64,000 nucleotides of DNA from the IMG/VR virus record IMGVR_UViG_3300035232_000453. The stretch is one strand, 5' to 3'. Source of the stretch: a virus. The notes under the pieces were generated by a model. That model worked only from the letters and a program-made list of their open reading frames with translations, had not been told where the DNA came from and made no database searches. This document shows positions 27,195-40,400 of this stretch, piece after piece (within the stretch, counting starts at the first letter, position 1; each line of letters begins with the position of its first letter). The position numbers and the translations under genes were made by a program.

Positions 27195-27749
27195 TTGAAT
27201 AAAAGCGTTTTACTACTTAATGCTGATGGGCAACCATTATCACAAATGCCACTTAGCACAGTTAGTTGGCAAGATGCAATCAAGGCCATGTGGTCACAAA
27301 AAGTACATGTAATTAGAAATTATGATGATGAGTTTCTCCGGTCACCGAGAGTAACTATTCCATACCCAAGCATTATTATGCTTAACACTTATCACAAACA
27401 ACCCTCCAAAGCAAAATTCACTCGTAGAAATTTATATGTCAGAGACAAATACTGTTGCCAATACTGTGGCGATAGGTTTGCTTATGCTGACTTAACAATT
27501 GATCATGTTATTCCAAAGTCAAAAGGTGGAAGACTAACATGGGAAAACAGTGTTACTGCTTGTGGTCCGTGCAATGTAAAGAAAGGCGATAGCTTATATC
27601 CTTTACCTATGCAACGACCAACACACCCTTCGTGGTACCAAATAAACTATGCTTACCAGCATCATACACTCACAATACCAGACGCAGCCTGGCAAAAGTA
27701 CATACATTGGCAAGAAGATAAGCTAATTATAGAGCCGTTATCTACCTAG
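27195..27749 (+). CDS. Free-standing HNH endonuclease
   Basis: RDKYCCQYCG...TIDHVIPKSKGG..TWEN.VTACGPCN..KG; TTG start. Confidence 0.9.
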   Translation: MNKSVLLLNADGQPLSQMPLSTVSWQDAIKAMWSQKVHVIRNYDDEFLRSPRVTIPYPSIIMLNTYHKQPSKAKFTRRNLYVRDKYCCQYCGDRFAYADLTIDHVIPKSKGGRLTWENSVTACGPCNVKKGDSLYPLPMQRPTHPSWYQINYAYQHHTLTIPDAAWQKYIHWQEDKLIIEPLST

Positions 27750-27760
27750 TTAATCTTTTG

Positions 27761-27768
27761 CATAAATA
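27761..27768 (+). promoter_or_regulatory. Late promoter CATAAATA, probably giving a leaderless gp25 mRNA
   Basis: Only 5 nt between the motif and ATG 27774; no SD sequence. Confidence 0.55.
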
Positions 27769-27773
27769 GTTGT

Positions 27774-28160
27774 ATGAGTAATAATATATTTGGATATACA
27801 ACAATTAATCAACCTTATACTAGTAAAAGCCTTAGCGGCTTAGATCTAGCGAAGCAGGACTTATTGAATCATTTTAAAATCCGTAAAGGAGAAAAATGGT
27901 CAAATCCTGACTTTGGTTGCGACTTAGAATTATATGTGTTTGAACCACTAGACCAAGCAACACAAGATGCTATCGAAGAAGAAGTATATAATGTTGTGAG
28001 CTATGACCCTAGATTTGAAGTAAACAATTCAGATATAAGTGTAAACCACGACACACATTCAGTAACAGTTAATGTGAAACTGACTTACCTACCAACAACA
28101 ACTGCAACAGAGTTGCAGATTAAATTCGATAAAGAATTTACAGAAAACGCAGAGTTTTAA
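27774..28160 (+). CDS. gp25: Baseplate wedge subunit gp25
   Basis: KQDLLNHFKIRKGEK..NPDFGC....VFEPL, YDPRF. Confidence 0.88.
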   Translation: MSNNIFGYTTINQPYTSKSLSGLDLAKQDLLNHFKIRKGEKWSNPDFGCDLELYVFEPLDQATQDAIEEEVYNVVSYDPRFEVNNSDISVNHDTHSVTVNVKLTYLPTTTATELQIKFDKEFTENAEF

Positions 28161-28162
28161 TT

Positions 28163-31100
28163 ATGGCACAAAAATCAAGACAAAATAGACTATTTGCGGC
28201 AGAGGACTTTACAGTAATCTACGAATCATATATCAATGCAAACTTTCAAGCATTTGATTATGATACTATTAGAACTGCAATGGTTGACTATGTACGCAAT
28301 AATTATCCAGAGAACTACAACGACTGGGTAGAATCAGCTGAATTTGTATCACTACTAGATGTAGTTGCACAGTTTGGACACAACTTAGCATATCGAGTAG
28401 ATGTGAATGCGAGGAACAATTTTTTAAGTACCGCAGAAAAACAAGAGAGTGTTTACAAATTAGCAGAATTTTTAGGATATCAACCAAGACGCAATGTGCC
28501 AGCGTATGGTGAAATGAAAATAGTTAGCGTAAAAACAAACGAGCCAGTTATTGGTAGTGCGGGTATTAGTTTAGGTGGAACAGATTTAAAGTACGAAGTA
28601 TCTAACAATGTAAATAATTTAGATGACTTTGTTACTGTAGTAAATGCAGTACTACAAAACAGTAACCAATTTGGTAGTCCAAAAAAATCAGTAGTAATTA
28701 ATAATATAAAAACAGAATTCTACGATTTTAATAATACACCCAATCAGGTTAAATTTGATGCACAAGGATCAGTATCTGGTGCAAGTGTTACATTTAATAT
28801 CATAAGCAGTGACTATGATAATTATACAAGATCATTTACAGAGAAATACCCTGACCCAGTTAATTCATTTGGATTATATTATAAAAATGATGGCAAGGGA
28901 ATAAGCAGTGTCAATACTGGATTCTTTTTTGGATTAAAGCAAGGCTCGTTGCAGTATGAGGATATTGTGATTAGTGAGCCTATTGACAATGCTTCTTTTG
29001 ATATTAATGCAACAAACGTAAATAATTCAGATGTATGGGTACAAAATATTAATAGCACAGGAAACGTTTTAAAGAACTGGACAAAGGTTGTTGACGTTAA
29101 CAGTAATGTAATTTATAATAATCTAGCACAAGGCGAAAGAGATGTTTTCAGTGTAAAAACTAGAAAAGACAATGCAATATCTGTTGTGTTTCCTGATCGT
29201 ACATTTGGTAACGTTCCAACAGACACATTAAGAGTTTGGTATAGAACAAGTGTTAACAGTACATACATTTTAAGACCAGATGACATTGCAACACAAAAAG
29301 TACAAATAAATTATACAGGAAGTGATGGCAACAACTACAATGCAGTATTCACTTTACAATTAAAGCAATCAATATCAACTGCAAGTTCAAATGAAACATT
29401 AGATCAAATTAGAGAAAATGCTCCAAGAAACTATGCTAGTCAAGATAGAATGATTACCGCACAAGATTATAATACAATGCTTGGTAATAGTAACGGCGGC
29501 ATCTTAAAAATTAAAAGTGTAAACAGAACATTTAGTGGACATAGTAGATATTCTAAATTTACAGATCCAACTGGAACATACAGTAATTTATACTTGCAAG
29601 GAAATGACGCAACGTTATATTCTGAAAATAAATTAGTAGCAGTATCGGCTTCAATTTCAGATACGGCAAATGGGATATATCAAAAATATGTTAAAGATAT
29701 ATTAGACAATGACGAATTCATAAACTTATATTATGATGGATTTAGGTCAGCAACAGAAACTCTTAAGACTACTGATCAAACACTTGATTCAAATGGTAAC
29801 GTTGCAGTATTTACATGGAACAACGAAAGTAATTCTGCAAGTGGTGTACTAAGTGGATATTTAACAGACCCAGTAACATCTAACACAACTAGAGTAGGTA
29901 CAACTGCTACTACATATATGAAACATCTTAAGCCAGGCGCATTAGTTAAATTTGCCGGAGGCAGTGTAACGGCTGGTAGTTTTGTTGTGGGAACAGAATA
30001 TGAAATTACAGTACCAGGCGACACAGACTTTACATTAATCGGATCACCAAACAGTTATGCAGGTACAGTATTCACTGCCGCAGGTGTCGGAATAGGAACA
30101 GGAAAAGTTAAGCCTACTAAAAATATTTGGGCAAAGGTTGTTGACGTAAACAATAATGGACTTGGTGTAGAAGGAACCGGTGTTAACGCAGGTAAGCCTA
30201 CAGGGCTACAATCAAATGGAACTGGCGCTATAGTGTTAGATAGAAAAATACCTACTAACAGTACAGTTGATGTTATCTATCCTGCACTATCGAGAAAATT
30301 TTCTAACAGAGAAAAAGATTTATTTATTTCTTATTTTGAAAAGAAAAAGCCATTTAGCATAAAATATAACCAACAAAAAACAACATGGGAAATTGATACT
30401 ACACCTCCTCCATTTTCTCAAAATGATACATACCCAGCTAACTTTAACGTAGCTGATATTGACAACAACTGGGTAGTCTATTTTAACTACACAGGTGTGT
30501 CTTATGATATCTATATTAGAACAAGAAGATTTATTTTTAATAGTGCATCTACTAAATTGGGAAATATCCAAAACGAAGTAGAAATAGGCTCGTTTACTAA
30601 AAAAGCAAAAAGAGATACTATTACTCTTAAGCAAGTAAACACAGACTTTAGTAACCCACAGTTTATTAGTGCTGGATCATTTTATGTATATGGATATGAT
30701 TCTGCAAGTTCAAATGAATACAGACTATCTCTAATTGATAGTAATGCTGATTCAAGACCAGATAATCCAAATGTATTTTATGATATTGTTGGATTAAGTA
30801 ACACGTCCGAAACATCAAGTGGAAACAGTGAGAATGGTAAAATAAACAACCAATTCGAATGGGAGCATATTGCTGCTGATAATCAAGTTGTTGATCCTAG
30901 TTTCACTAATGTTATTGATGTGTTTGCATTATCAAAATCATATGATACTGAATACAAGAATTATCTAAAAGGCGCAACAACTACAGTACCTACTCCGCCA
31001 ACTAGTTATGAACTAGGAACACAATTCACAGGCGTAGTGGACAAAAAAGCAGTAAGTGACACCGTTGTATATAAACCAGTTAAGTACCGACCGTTGTTTG

Positions 31101-31459
31101 GTACACATGCTGATCCACAGCTTAAAGCTAGATTTAGAATTATTAAACTATACGGCTCAAATGTTACAGATACTGATTTAAAAACAAAAACAGTAGATGC
31201 AATTGATTCATTTTTTAATTCGAGTAATTGGGACTTTGGTGAAACTTTTTACTTCACTGAATTAGCTGCATATGTACATAAAGAACTAGCAGGACTATTG
31301 AGTAGTTTTGTTATTGTACCACAAGGTGCAGGAAGTGTATTTGGCGATATGTTTGAATTTACGCCAAACGCAGACGAACTTATTATTGCAGATGTAAATG
31401 TCAATGACGTTGATATTATTACAAATATTACAGATGCAAATATTAAAGCAGGAACATAA
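28163..31459 (+). CDS. gp6: Baseplate wedge protein, gp6-like
   Basis: FDYDTIR...YNDWVES, FLSTAEKQESVYKLAEFLGY, ETLDQIRENAP..YASQDRMITAQDY; follows gp25. Confidence 0.8.
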   Translation: MAQKSRQNRLFAAEDFTVIYESYINANFQAFDYDTIRTAMVDYVRNNYPENYNDWVESAEFVSLLDVVAQFGHNLAYRVDVNARNNFLSTAEKQESVYKLAEFLGYQPRRNVPAYGEMKIVSVKTNEPVIGSAGISLGGTDLKYEVSNNVNNLDDFVTVVNAVLQNSNQFGSPKKSVVINNIKTEFYDFNNTPNQVKFDAQGSVSGASVTFNIISSDYDNYTRSFTEKYPDPVNSFGLYYKNDGKGISSVNTGFFFGLKQGSLQYEDIVISEPIDNASFDINATNVNNSDVWVQNINSTGNVLKNWTKVVDVNSNVIYNNLAQGERDVFSVKTRKDNAISVVFPDRTFGNVPTDTLRVWYRTSVNSTYILRPDDIATQKVQINYTGSDGNNYNAVFTLQLKQSISTASSNETLDQIRENAPRNYASQDRMITAQDYNTMLGNSNGGILKIKSVNRTFSGHSRYSKFTDPTGTYSNLYLQGNDATLYSENKLVAVSASISDTANGIYQKYVKDILDNDEFINLYYDGFRSATETLKTTDQTLDSNGNVAVFTWNNESNSASGVLSGYLTDPVTSNTTRVGTTATTYMKHLKPGALVKFAGGSVTAGSFVVGTEYEITVPGDTDFTLIGSPNSYAGTVFTAAGVGIGTGKVKPTKNIWAKVVDVNNNGLGVEGTGVNAGKPTGLQSNGTGAIVLDRKIPTNSTVDVIYPALSRKFSNREKDLFISYFEKKKPFSIKYNQQKTTWEIDTTPPPFSQNDTYPANFNVADIDNNWVVYFNYTGVSYDIYIRTRRFIFNSASTKLGNIQNEVEIGSFTKKAKRDTITLKQVNTDFSNPQFISAGSFYVYGYDSASSNEYRLSLIDSNADSRPDNPNVFYDIVGLSNTSETSSGNSENGKINNQFEWEHIAADNQVVDPSFTNVIDVFALSKSYDTEYKNYLKGATTTVPTPPTSYELGTQFTGVVDKKAVSDTVVYKPVKYRPLFGTHADPQLKARFRIIKLYGSNVTDTDLKTKTVDAIDSFFNSSNWDFGETFYFTELAAYVHKELAGLLSSFVIVPQGAGSVFGDMFEFTPNADELIIADVNVNDVDIITNITDANIKAGT

Positions 31460-31461
31460 TA

Positions 31462-34400
31462 ATGGCTAAGAAAAAAGCAGGCAAACAACAAGTCAATAAT
31501 ATAAAAACTAGTAATTTTTTACCAAATGTTTTTCAAACAGACTTAAATAAAAATTGGTTAGACAGTACACTAGATCAAATGGTGTCAAAGGGACCATTAG
31601 ATGATATAGATGTATTTGTTGGTAGTAGAAAAGGTGATGTAGCTGAAAGTGGTGATGTATACTTAGAACCAAAAGTTTATAAAGACCTGCAACGAACTAC
31701 ACAACTTTCTCCTGGAATTGTTGCATATAACAACTCAGGAAAAACAACAAACACTATTACATTTGATGACGTAGCTCATTCAATCAATCAAAACTTTAGT
31801 ACATATAATTATAATTCTGCATACGCCTCACATAAGTATGGATTTAACCCACCAATTGATATTGATAAATTTGTTAACTATGTAAACTATCGTTGGGTAG
31901 AAGAGTTGCCTATATACGAAAGTATATATACAGGAAGTACAGTAAATCCATTAACAGAAATTAATACTAATAACATGTCAACTATAACAGATGATAATAA
32001 TTCTTTTGTACTTGAAAATCAAATGCTTATTAAGTTCACTGGCAGTGGTTGGCATACTGACGTTTTAAACAAAACATATATTGTTACAGGTAGTGTATCA
32101 AAATATACATTACGTGAATATATCAGCAATGACGGTATAAGTCGAGTATATGAAAATAATGTTAAGCACAGTGTTTCTGCAAACGGTGTATGGTTTAATA
32201 AAATATTATACAATGCAGAATTAAACTCGGCATATGGAGCAAGTAGTACTCCAGAACAATTAGTAGATGATTATAATAATACACCTGTTAACAGTAGATT
32301 ACCATTCTTTGATGGGTTTGATTTCCCACAGTTAGAATCTAACACTACTGTTCTTGATAAAGATATACTTGTAAAATTTACAGGCACCTGGACACATGGC
32401 AGTGGAACAAACAATAATGATATATTTTCATTAACAATTAATGCTACTACTGGCAACGTATCTATATTACCAGCAACTACTCAACAAATTACTTTAGCAG
32501 AAACAACACTATCACCGGATAATAATTTAATGTATAACGATGGTATAGTAATCTCACCAGACAAAGATTACATTGTTGTTAACAAAAATGACTCATATCA
32601 ATCTGCATGGAGTAGAAATAATCATTGGGTAAACATAAGCACAATTAATAAACTACAAGAATTAATCACTGGATATGATTTTACTGAAATAAGAAATAAA
32701 CAAAGAATAGCACTTAGACCAATTATTGAATTTAATGCATCAATTGAATTTTATACCCATGCTGGATATAAGCAAGATCAGTATGTTGGTGCAGTTACAC
32801 ACGGTATTAAACAAAATGATAGTGTACCAACCGGAGCAGGTGAAACATATGTATATGTTGATAATCATATTCCGTCAGGAACTGATCATAAAATTTATGT
32901 AGTTGGTGGCACAGACATAGTACTAGAAGAAAATGACACATTTACTATTAATAATGCCGTCGACACTACATATAAAAATGCAGACATGTATTTCACAGAT
33001 AAAATTAAATTTGCTCAACAAAAGCACACAGTCAATCAAAATCCACTTTATAGCTTTTACAATCACTACGGAAACTACCTAGGATCAATAAATGGTAAAA
33101 AGTTTGATGGAGATAAAATATTTGGCTACAAAATTGGAACAGGCGCAAACGACACTGAACTAGGATTTCCATTAAGTTATAAAGACACTCCAAAGGGAGC
33201 TGAGTATGAATTTGAAAACTTTATTATAACACAAAAATATTATAGTAATTATGCAAATTCTGAGTATTCAAGAGGAACATATTCAAAAGATCAAATTGGT
33301 TTTAATTTGTTTAAACAACATGGTGTATTAAAATCAATATATGCACCATCTGGTGATCCTGCTGGCGCACACGAACACAAACAATATAAAATTAATGCTG
33401 CTGACGATTCTTTTGTAATACCGTATGGATGGGATAACTGGAGACAGGATGATGAATTTGTTGTTCATCAAGAACTTGAGACATTTGTACTTACAAGAAA
33501 AAATATCAGTGGAAATAATAACTTAATAGATCAAACACACCAAGTATATACAGTAGGCGAAAGTCAAGAAATTAAATTTACTAACCTGACTGGAGACACT
33601 TTATACATAAAATCACATGGATCTGTTATTTCAGATAACTCAGCTTCGTGGGTAGACACTTATACATCTTCTGGAAGCATAACAACATTAACAACTAGTG
33701 CATCAAGTAACGACACATATTTTGATATATATCTAGACAACGAATTGGTACAATGTTTTATTGTGTCAAAACAATATGACCAACCATTTTACAAAATAAC
33801 ACAAAATGGGAATCCAATATCTCCTAGTAATATTACAGTTACAAATTCTTCGATTACATTAGATCAAAGTATTCTTGTAGAAAATGACTTAATTGATTTT
33901 GAATGGACTAACAATGATCTAAATAATAGTACACTTAATGTAAGCATGCCAGATGTACACAAACATAATGCAAACAATGATATATTGGAAACATTTACAA
34001 TTAGTCAAACTTTAAATCATTGGAAAGACAAACTAAATGTTATGCCAGGATTTGATAATAACACATTTGGCGAAAATAATTATGCCAGCGTTCCACATAC
34101 TCCATATTATGGCGGTACAATCTTTTTACACGAAGATCTAAGTATAATGCACGATATCAACTATGCTGATACTAAGCTATCTATTACTGGTTCGTTACTC
34201 GAACAGGGTACAGAGTTTGTTGCATTTAGACAACGAGTATCAGATGCGGCAAGGAAAATTTGGACCAAAACCGGCGCTATGACAATACAACAATTAACTG
34301 ATAATGCTATTGGTTCAGTAACAAAAGTAAAACCAATTTATACCAACTCAAACATGCTTGTACTTCAATCAGCTGATAGACAAGAATTTATATTAAGAGA

Positions 34401-37400
34401 CATAGATACTACACAAAACAAAACATTTAATACAAGGTTTGAATTTAACGGAGACGTTAATATACGTGACCATGTGTATGTTTACTTAACACAAGATAAT
34501 GGAAATGAAACACAAGTACGAAAGCTTCTTATAAAAGACAAAGACTATACAATGATAGGAAACACTATTAAATTAATACTATCATATGAGCCATTGGATA
34601 GTAAACTTACTAACCCAATGTTAGAAGTGTACTGGACAGGCATGGACGACTGGTGTTTTGTTCCTGCTAGTTTAGTAAAGCTAGGACTAGGATTTGCTAC
34701 AGAGCCACAAGTTAATAACAATATATTGTATACACATGATGGTACTGAAATAGATGTAACTGGAAAAGATTTAGAAAATGTTAATGCAGGTGCAAGTTTT
34801 GATCCTGCTAATGCAGTAATATTTGAGATGGAAAAACGTATATATAATGGTCTTGTTAAAGAAGATAATATGTATAAGAGTTCTTCTGTAATTAACGTAG
34901 GCTTAGAAAAGTACCATAGCCCGATTAAATATTTGCCAGCACCTCATCACAACACATGGTATGAATTAGCCGATTTAAATAACTATTTAGAAAAACATTA
35001 TTACCAATGGACAACTAACAATAATATTAAAACATTAAATTCTAGTAACTACTATGATGCTAATGATAGCAGTACATGGAACTATAGTACTCTATCAGCA
35101 GGAGGCGATTTTACAGACAAGTTGCCAGGACATTGGAAAGGTGCATACACACATATATTTGGAACGTGTACACCACATATTACTCCGTGGCACATGCTAG
35201 GCTACGCATTTAAACCAACTTGGTGGGATAAGCACTACAGTTGGACAGATCCAACAAAACGTGATAAACTAATAGTTGCATTAAAAACTGGATTAACATC
35301 GGAACCAGGATTACCAAAAACACATGTACCGTTGTTTGCAAGACACACATGGAATTGGTCAACACAATGCCCAGTTACTACAACAGGCACATTACAAGAT
35401 CCTAGCACAGTATTAGATCCTACATCATCTCTTTCAAATGTAGATAAAGAAAAAGAATTTGTATTTGGAGATTGGGGACCAGTTGAATTTAAATGGAGAT
35501 CAAGTGATATAGGCAGATCATTATTACTAGACGGTGTGTTAAAGTTAAACCCAACAAAAGCATGGTCAGACTTTTTTCAACCAGGAAGTATTAGTAAACA
35601 TAATTCACTAATAAGAAGCATAACTCATTATGATAGATTATTACCATCAAGTCATTCATTTAAAACACCTAATAAAGTTTATGGAAAAACTATCACATCT
35701 ATAAAAATTAAACCTGGCTCGTCACCTAGCACATTTGAAAATAACGGATTCTTCCAACTACTTGACGACTTTGATAGTACACTAGGCAGAGCTAATTTTG
35801 AAATTACAGAATCATCTGGGCCTGGCACTATTACTGCAATAAGTATGATTGAACGTCCACTAGACATAGTAGGACAATATATTATTTCATATGCTGGCAA
35901 CGATGCAGACCCATCGGGCATAGACTTTGATGTTAAACTTAATACTGTTTCTTTTGTTGCAAATGGTATAGCACAAGCACAGTACAACTTTTTAACTAGA
36001 CATGGTCGTGAGAACATACTAGAAGAACATTATGGTAACTTGGATACTAAATTAGTATTCAAATTAGGTGGCTTTACAAGTAAACACCTACTACACCTAA
36101 GTACAGAAACAAGTGAACAAGGATGTGTAATACTAGGCGATGCAGACTACAATGTAGAAATGTATAAAGGTGCAGTATCAAAATTAATTACTGCAAGTGC
36201 ATTAACTATTACAAAAACATTAACAGGATATAAAGTATCTGGTATAAATCATAATACTAGAGAATTTAAATTCCTTGAACCAAATATTACTAACCCAACA
36301 GATTATGTATCTATTGAGATTTTGAATCAAACATTAAGACGTTATAATAAATTTGTTGTAACACCTAGCATAGTAGAATATGATGCTGAGTTTACAAAAA
36401 TACAAGATGTGTATAACTTTATTAGAGGATATTGGGAATGGATGCGTGTTAACGGATACGAGCTACAGTATGATGGAAACACATCAGCATACGACTTTGT
36501 TACATGGACTACTACTGCTGAAGTTGGATTTAGTCATATTTTACAAATAGGTAGAAAATTAAAGTACACACCAGCTCATGGTCATGTGTCAGAGTTTAAT
36601 ACACTAACTTATAATAACAATAGCATACTGTCAAGTGATTCTATAAAAATAGAAAATACAAAATTAGGTATTACACGTACAGACGGTAAAGTTTCAGTGG
36701 AAACAAAAAGTAAAGAATTTATAGGAAGTATCACTAGTGCAGAGCTAGACTTTGAACATGTAGTTATAATTGAAGACAGTACAACGTTAGGAATAACACT
36801 GTTTGATGACGTTAAAGATAGTATGCAATCTAGATTATGCTTATGTGGACAACGAACACAAAACTGGAATGGTGAGAAAAAAGCACCAGGATACTTAGTA
36901 TCAGACGATCATATTATACAAAACTTTGATAGTGCAGTACAAAGCATTGATGACTTGTATAGAACAGACGTAGATGAGTTTAATAGATCTTTTGGAAAAG
37001 CCAAAGACATAACAATTGGAAAAACAGAAGGTTTGTTGTTAGAAGGTTTGGGCCTTAATGAAAACATTCTTACTAATTATTATCAGGGAATGATAAAAGA
37101 AAAAGGTACACGCGGTGCTATAGAGCATATAGGTAAAAGTAATATATTAAACTTCAATGAGACTACTATATCTGCATATGAACAATACATGTTTAGACAG
37201 TCTGTTTTAGGAAATGACGATTTACAAGATCCACTAGAAATAGAAATAGTGTCAAGTGATATTAATTCTTCTCCTCAAACTATATCATTAAATACCGGAG
37301 CATCTGCTCCTAACTTCCAATCAGACGCTAATGTAATCGATGCATACATTGACGCAGATCAAGATAATATTAACGAAAGAATTGTTAACAATAAATCAAT

Positions 37401-40400
37401 AACATTTGATACATTAAGCTACGATGAATCAAACAGTGACATACTTACAGGTGGTGAAGCATTAGAAACAGAAACAACATACAGAGTTTTAAGCACATCT
37501 GATATATCATCGGTATTTGATAGCACAGCCGAATATGCTAATATCGAAACATGGGCTCCTAACAAAAGTTATCGTCTAGGTGATCAAGTAAGAATGAACG
37601 GTGAGTTATGGGAATGTAACGTTGAGTTTACTGGAGTAACACAAGTATCATCAAGTATTGAAGTAACTTCTAGAAGAGCAACTGATACTGCAATTATTCC
37701 AAATGGAACACAGGCTAATATTGCAGGCATACCTACTACACTTATAAAAAATGACGAAAGTTTTGCTAACGTTGTAGTTAATGGAAATGATGGCTCACAT
37801 ACATATGTTCCAATAACAGGTGATGCATCATCTACATTGGTAATAAATGGAGCGCCAATTACATTTAATAAGATTAAGTTAGTACCAACAATAAATGGAC
37901 CAGCAGTAATATATGCAGATGGAACTGGAGACTTTTCTGATCCTGTTACAGGTGTTACAAACCATTCAATAAGTATTACAACTAGAAAAACTCTTGCAAA
38001 CAACACCGTACAAGACACAACTCAGGTAGTTGACTTTGATACTACTCCAGGCAATATAACAGAAACATTTACAGGAGATGCAATTGAAACAATATTTACT
38101 CTCTCGCAACCGTTATTAGGAGCAAGGCCTAATAACTATAATGTTAGTTCTGTAACAGTTGATGGAGTGTTATTAACTGATCCAGCAGATTATAGTGTAG
38201 ACACAGGAGCAGGTAACATTACATTTACAACGGCTCCAAGTGTAGGGGTTGATAATATCGTAGTTGTATTAGTACACCAAGTTGATACAATGACTCAATC
38301 AGAAATTATAACTCATATTGATAGTTATAATATTCCTAACTTAACAACTTCTCTTACACCAATAAATGGTACACAAAGAATAACACTAAGTTTTCAAAGT
38401 TCAGATCACACAGAACGTTTAATATTAGACGCAGATCTCGGTAATGGTACAAATGCACAATTAGATTTACCTCCAGCTGGTATTAATGTTCAGCAAGATG
38501 TTACTGATGTTGAAGCTCCAGATGTTTTAACTGTTGAAGAAGTTAGAGACCAAATTAACAATACAAGTTCTTCATTGCTTACTTATATTTCAGCAAGTGT
38601 AATAACTGGTAACATAGTCATAACACAATCTAATAGATCAGACACTTCACCACTAGTTATGTCAGGAAATGTACTAACATCATTAGGACTATCAGCATCA
38701 ACTCCTGGTACAAGTTTACAAGTTCCGGTACCGGTTAGTTATGACGAAGCAGCAAGCCAAATACAAGCACAACTTACGCTTAATAGTATTACAGGCGTTA
38801 CTGTTATTGGACTTGGAAATAGAATTAAATTTGAATCTACAAATGCATCACTTGATTTAGGCGACACTAGTTTTAACACAGTAATTGGATTACCAACAGG
38901 AACAGTTACGTCTTCAGAAGTTAATGTTGATAATGAATGGGACACTGGCAGCACTCCACACCAGACAAAATTTACTAGAGTTGATCAGTCGCTGGACCCA
39001 GCATTATATAATATATTAATATCCGATGATAGTGATTTTGTAAACAGTACAGTGGGATCAACTGAAACAAAATTTTGGAGTTGGAATGTACTTCAAGTCA
39101 CACAAAGATATGCTGCTCCAGGCAACGAAACATTGTATACCAAACCCGATGAAGCTATAAACATAGTAACAGACAATCCAACTACATGCGGTATATGTGC
39201 AGGAACAGCCAGTATTGATGGTAACGATGCAGAAGTAACAACAAATGTTGACCATGGATTAAAAGTGGGCGATTACGTACAACTACTAAACACAACAACT
39301 ACACCTAACATTGATGGTATCCATAAAGTAACTAAAATTGGATCAAACAATAAAATATTTTATATAGATGAATATATTGAATCATGCGGTAATGCAGTTT
39401 CAGTTATGCCATTAGTTACTACTAGATTTGAAACAACTGAGCAGAAAAACTTAGCAGTCTCATCAACTGATTGGAACTTGCCTACTGGTACAACTGTATT
39501 TGTTAATAACAAAGACAATGTACGAGGAACATATGTGCATACAGTATCACAGTATAATACAGAATCAGTTGCAAATACAGTAACTGGCACTACATATAGA
39601 ATTATCACAACAGGTGATACTAACTTTACATCAATTGGAGCTGCAGACAGTGAACCTAACACTGTATTCACTGCAACTGGAATTGGATCAGGAACAGGTA
39701 CAGTTGAGAAAGTAACATACACTGATGTAAGAAGCACAACTACAAGACCTACTAACACAGATATAGACAGTGTATTAATTTATAGTCACACTAATAATCA
39801 ATCAAAAATACAACTAGAAATTTGGGATCCTATGAGAAAGATCTTGCCGGGTGTTGCACAGCAGAATTTAGACTACAGTAACTTTACAGACAATGCAGTG
39901 TACACAACATCAACAGATGACAACCAATATACAGATGTTGAGGTTGCATGGAGCAACGACCAAGTAGGTACAAGATGGTGGGACACAAGTAAAGTTCGTT
40001 ATTACGATTACGATCAGGGTGACTCTGTATACAAATCAAACTATTGGGGTAAATTATACCCAGGCAGTGAAGTAGTAGTTTGGGAATGGTCCAAGTCAAC
40101 AGTTTCGCCAGATGAGTACGCTGAGCAAGTTACTAATCAAAAAGAAATGTTTGGTAAACCTGCAACAGGTGAAGCTTATTCAAAATACGACAACACATTA
40201 AAAGAAACACTTTATTATTATACAACAGAACAAGAATGGAATGTTAGAACTAATGCATATGATACTGTTTATTACTTCTGGGTTAAAAATAAAACAACAA
40301 TAGAAGATAGTAGAATATTATCAGCATACGATGTAGCAAACATTATTGCTGATCCAACAAATGCAGGTGTTAGTTGGTTTGCAGTTATCAGTGATAAAGA

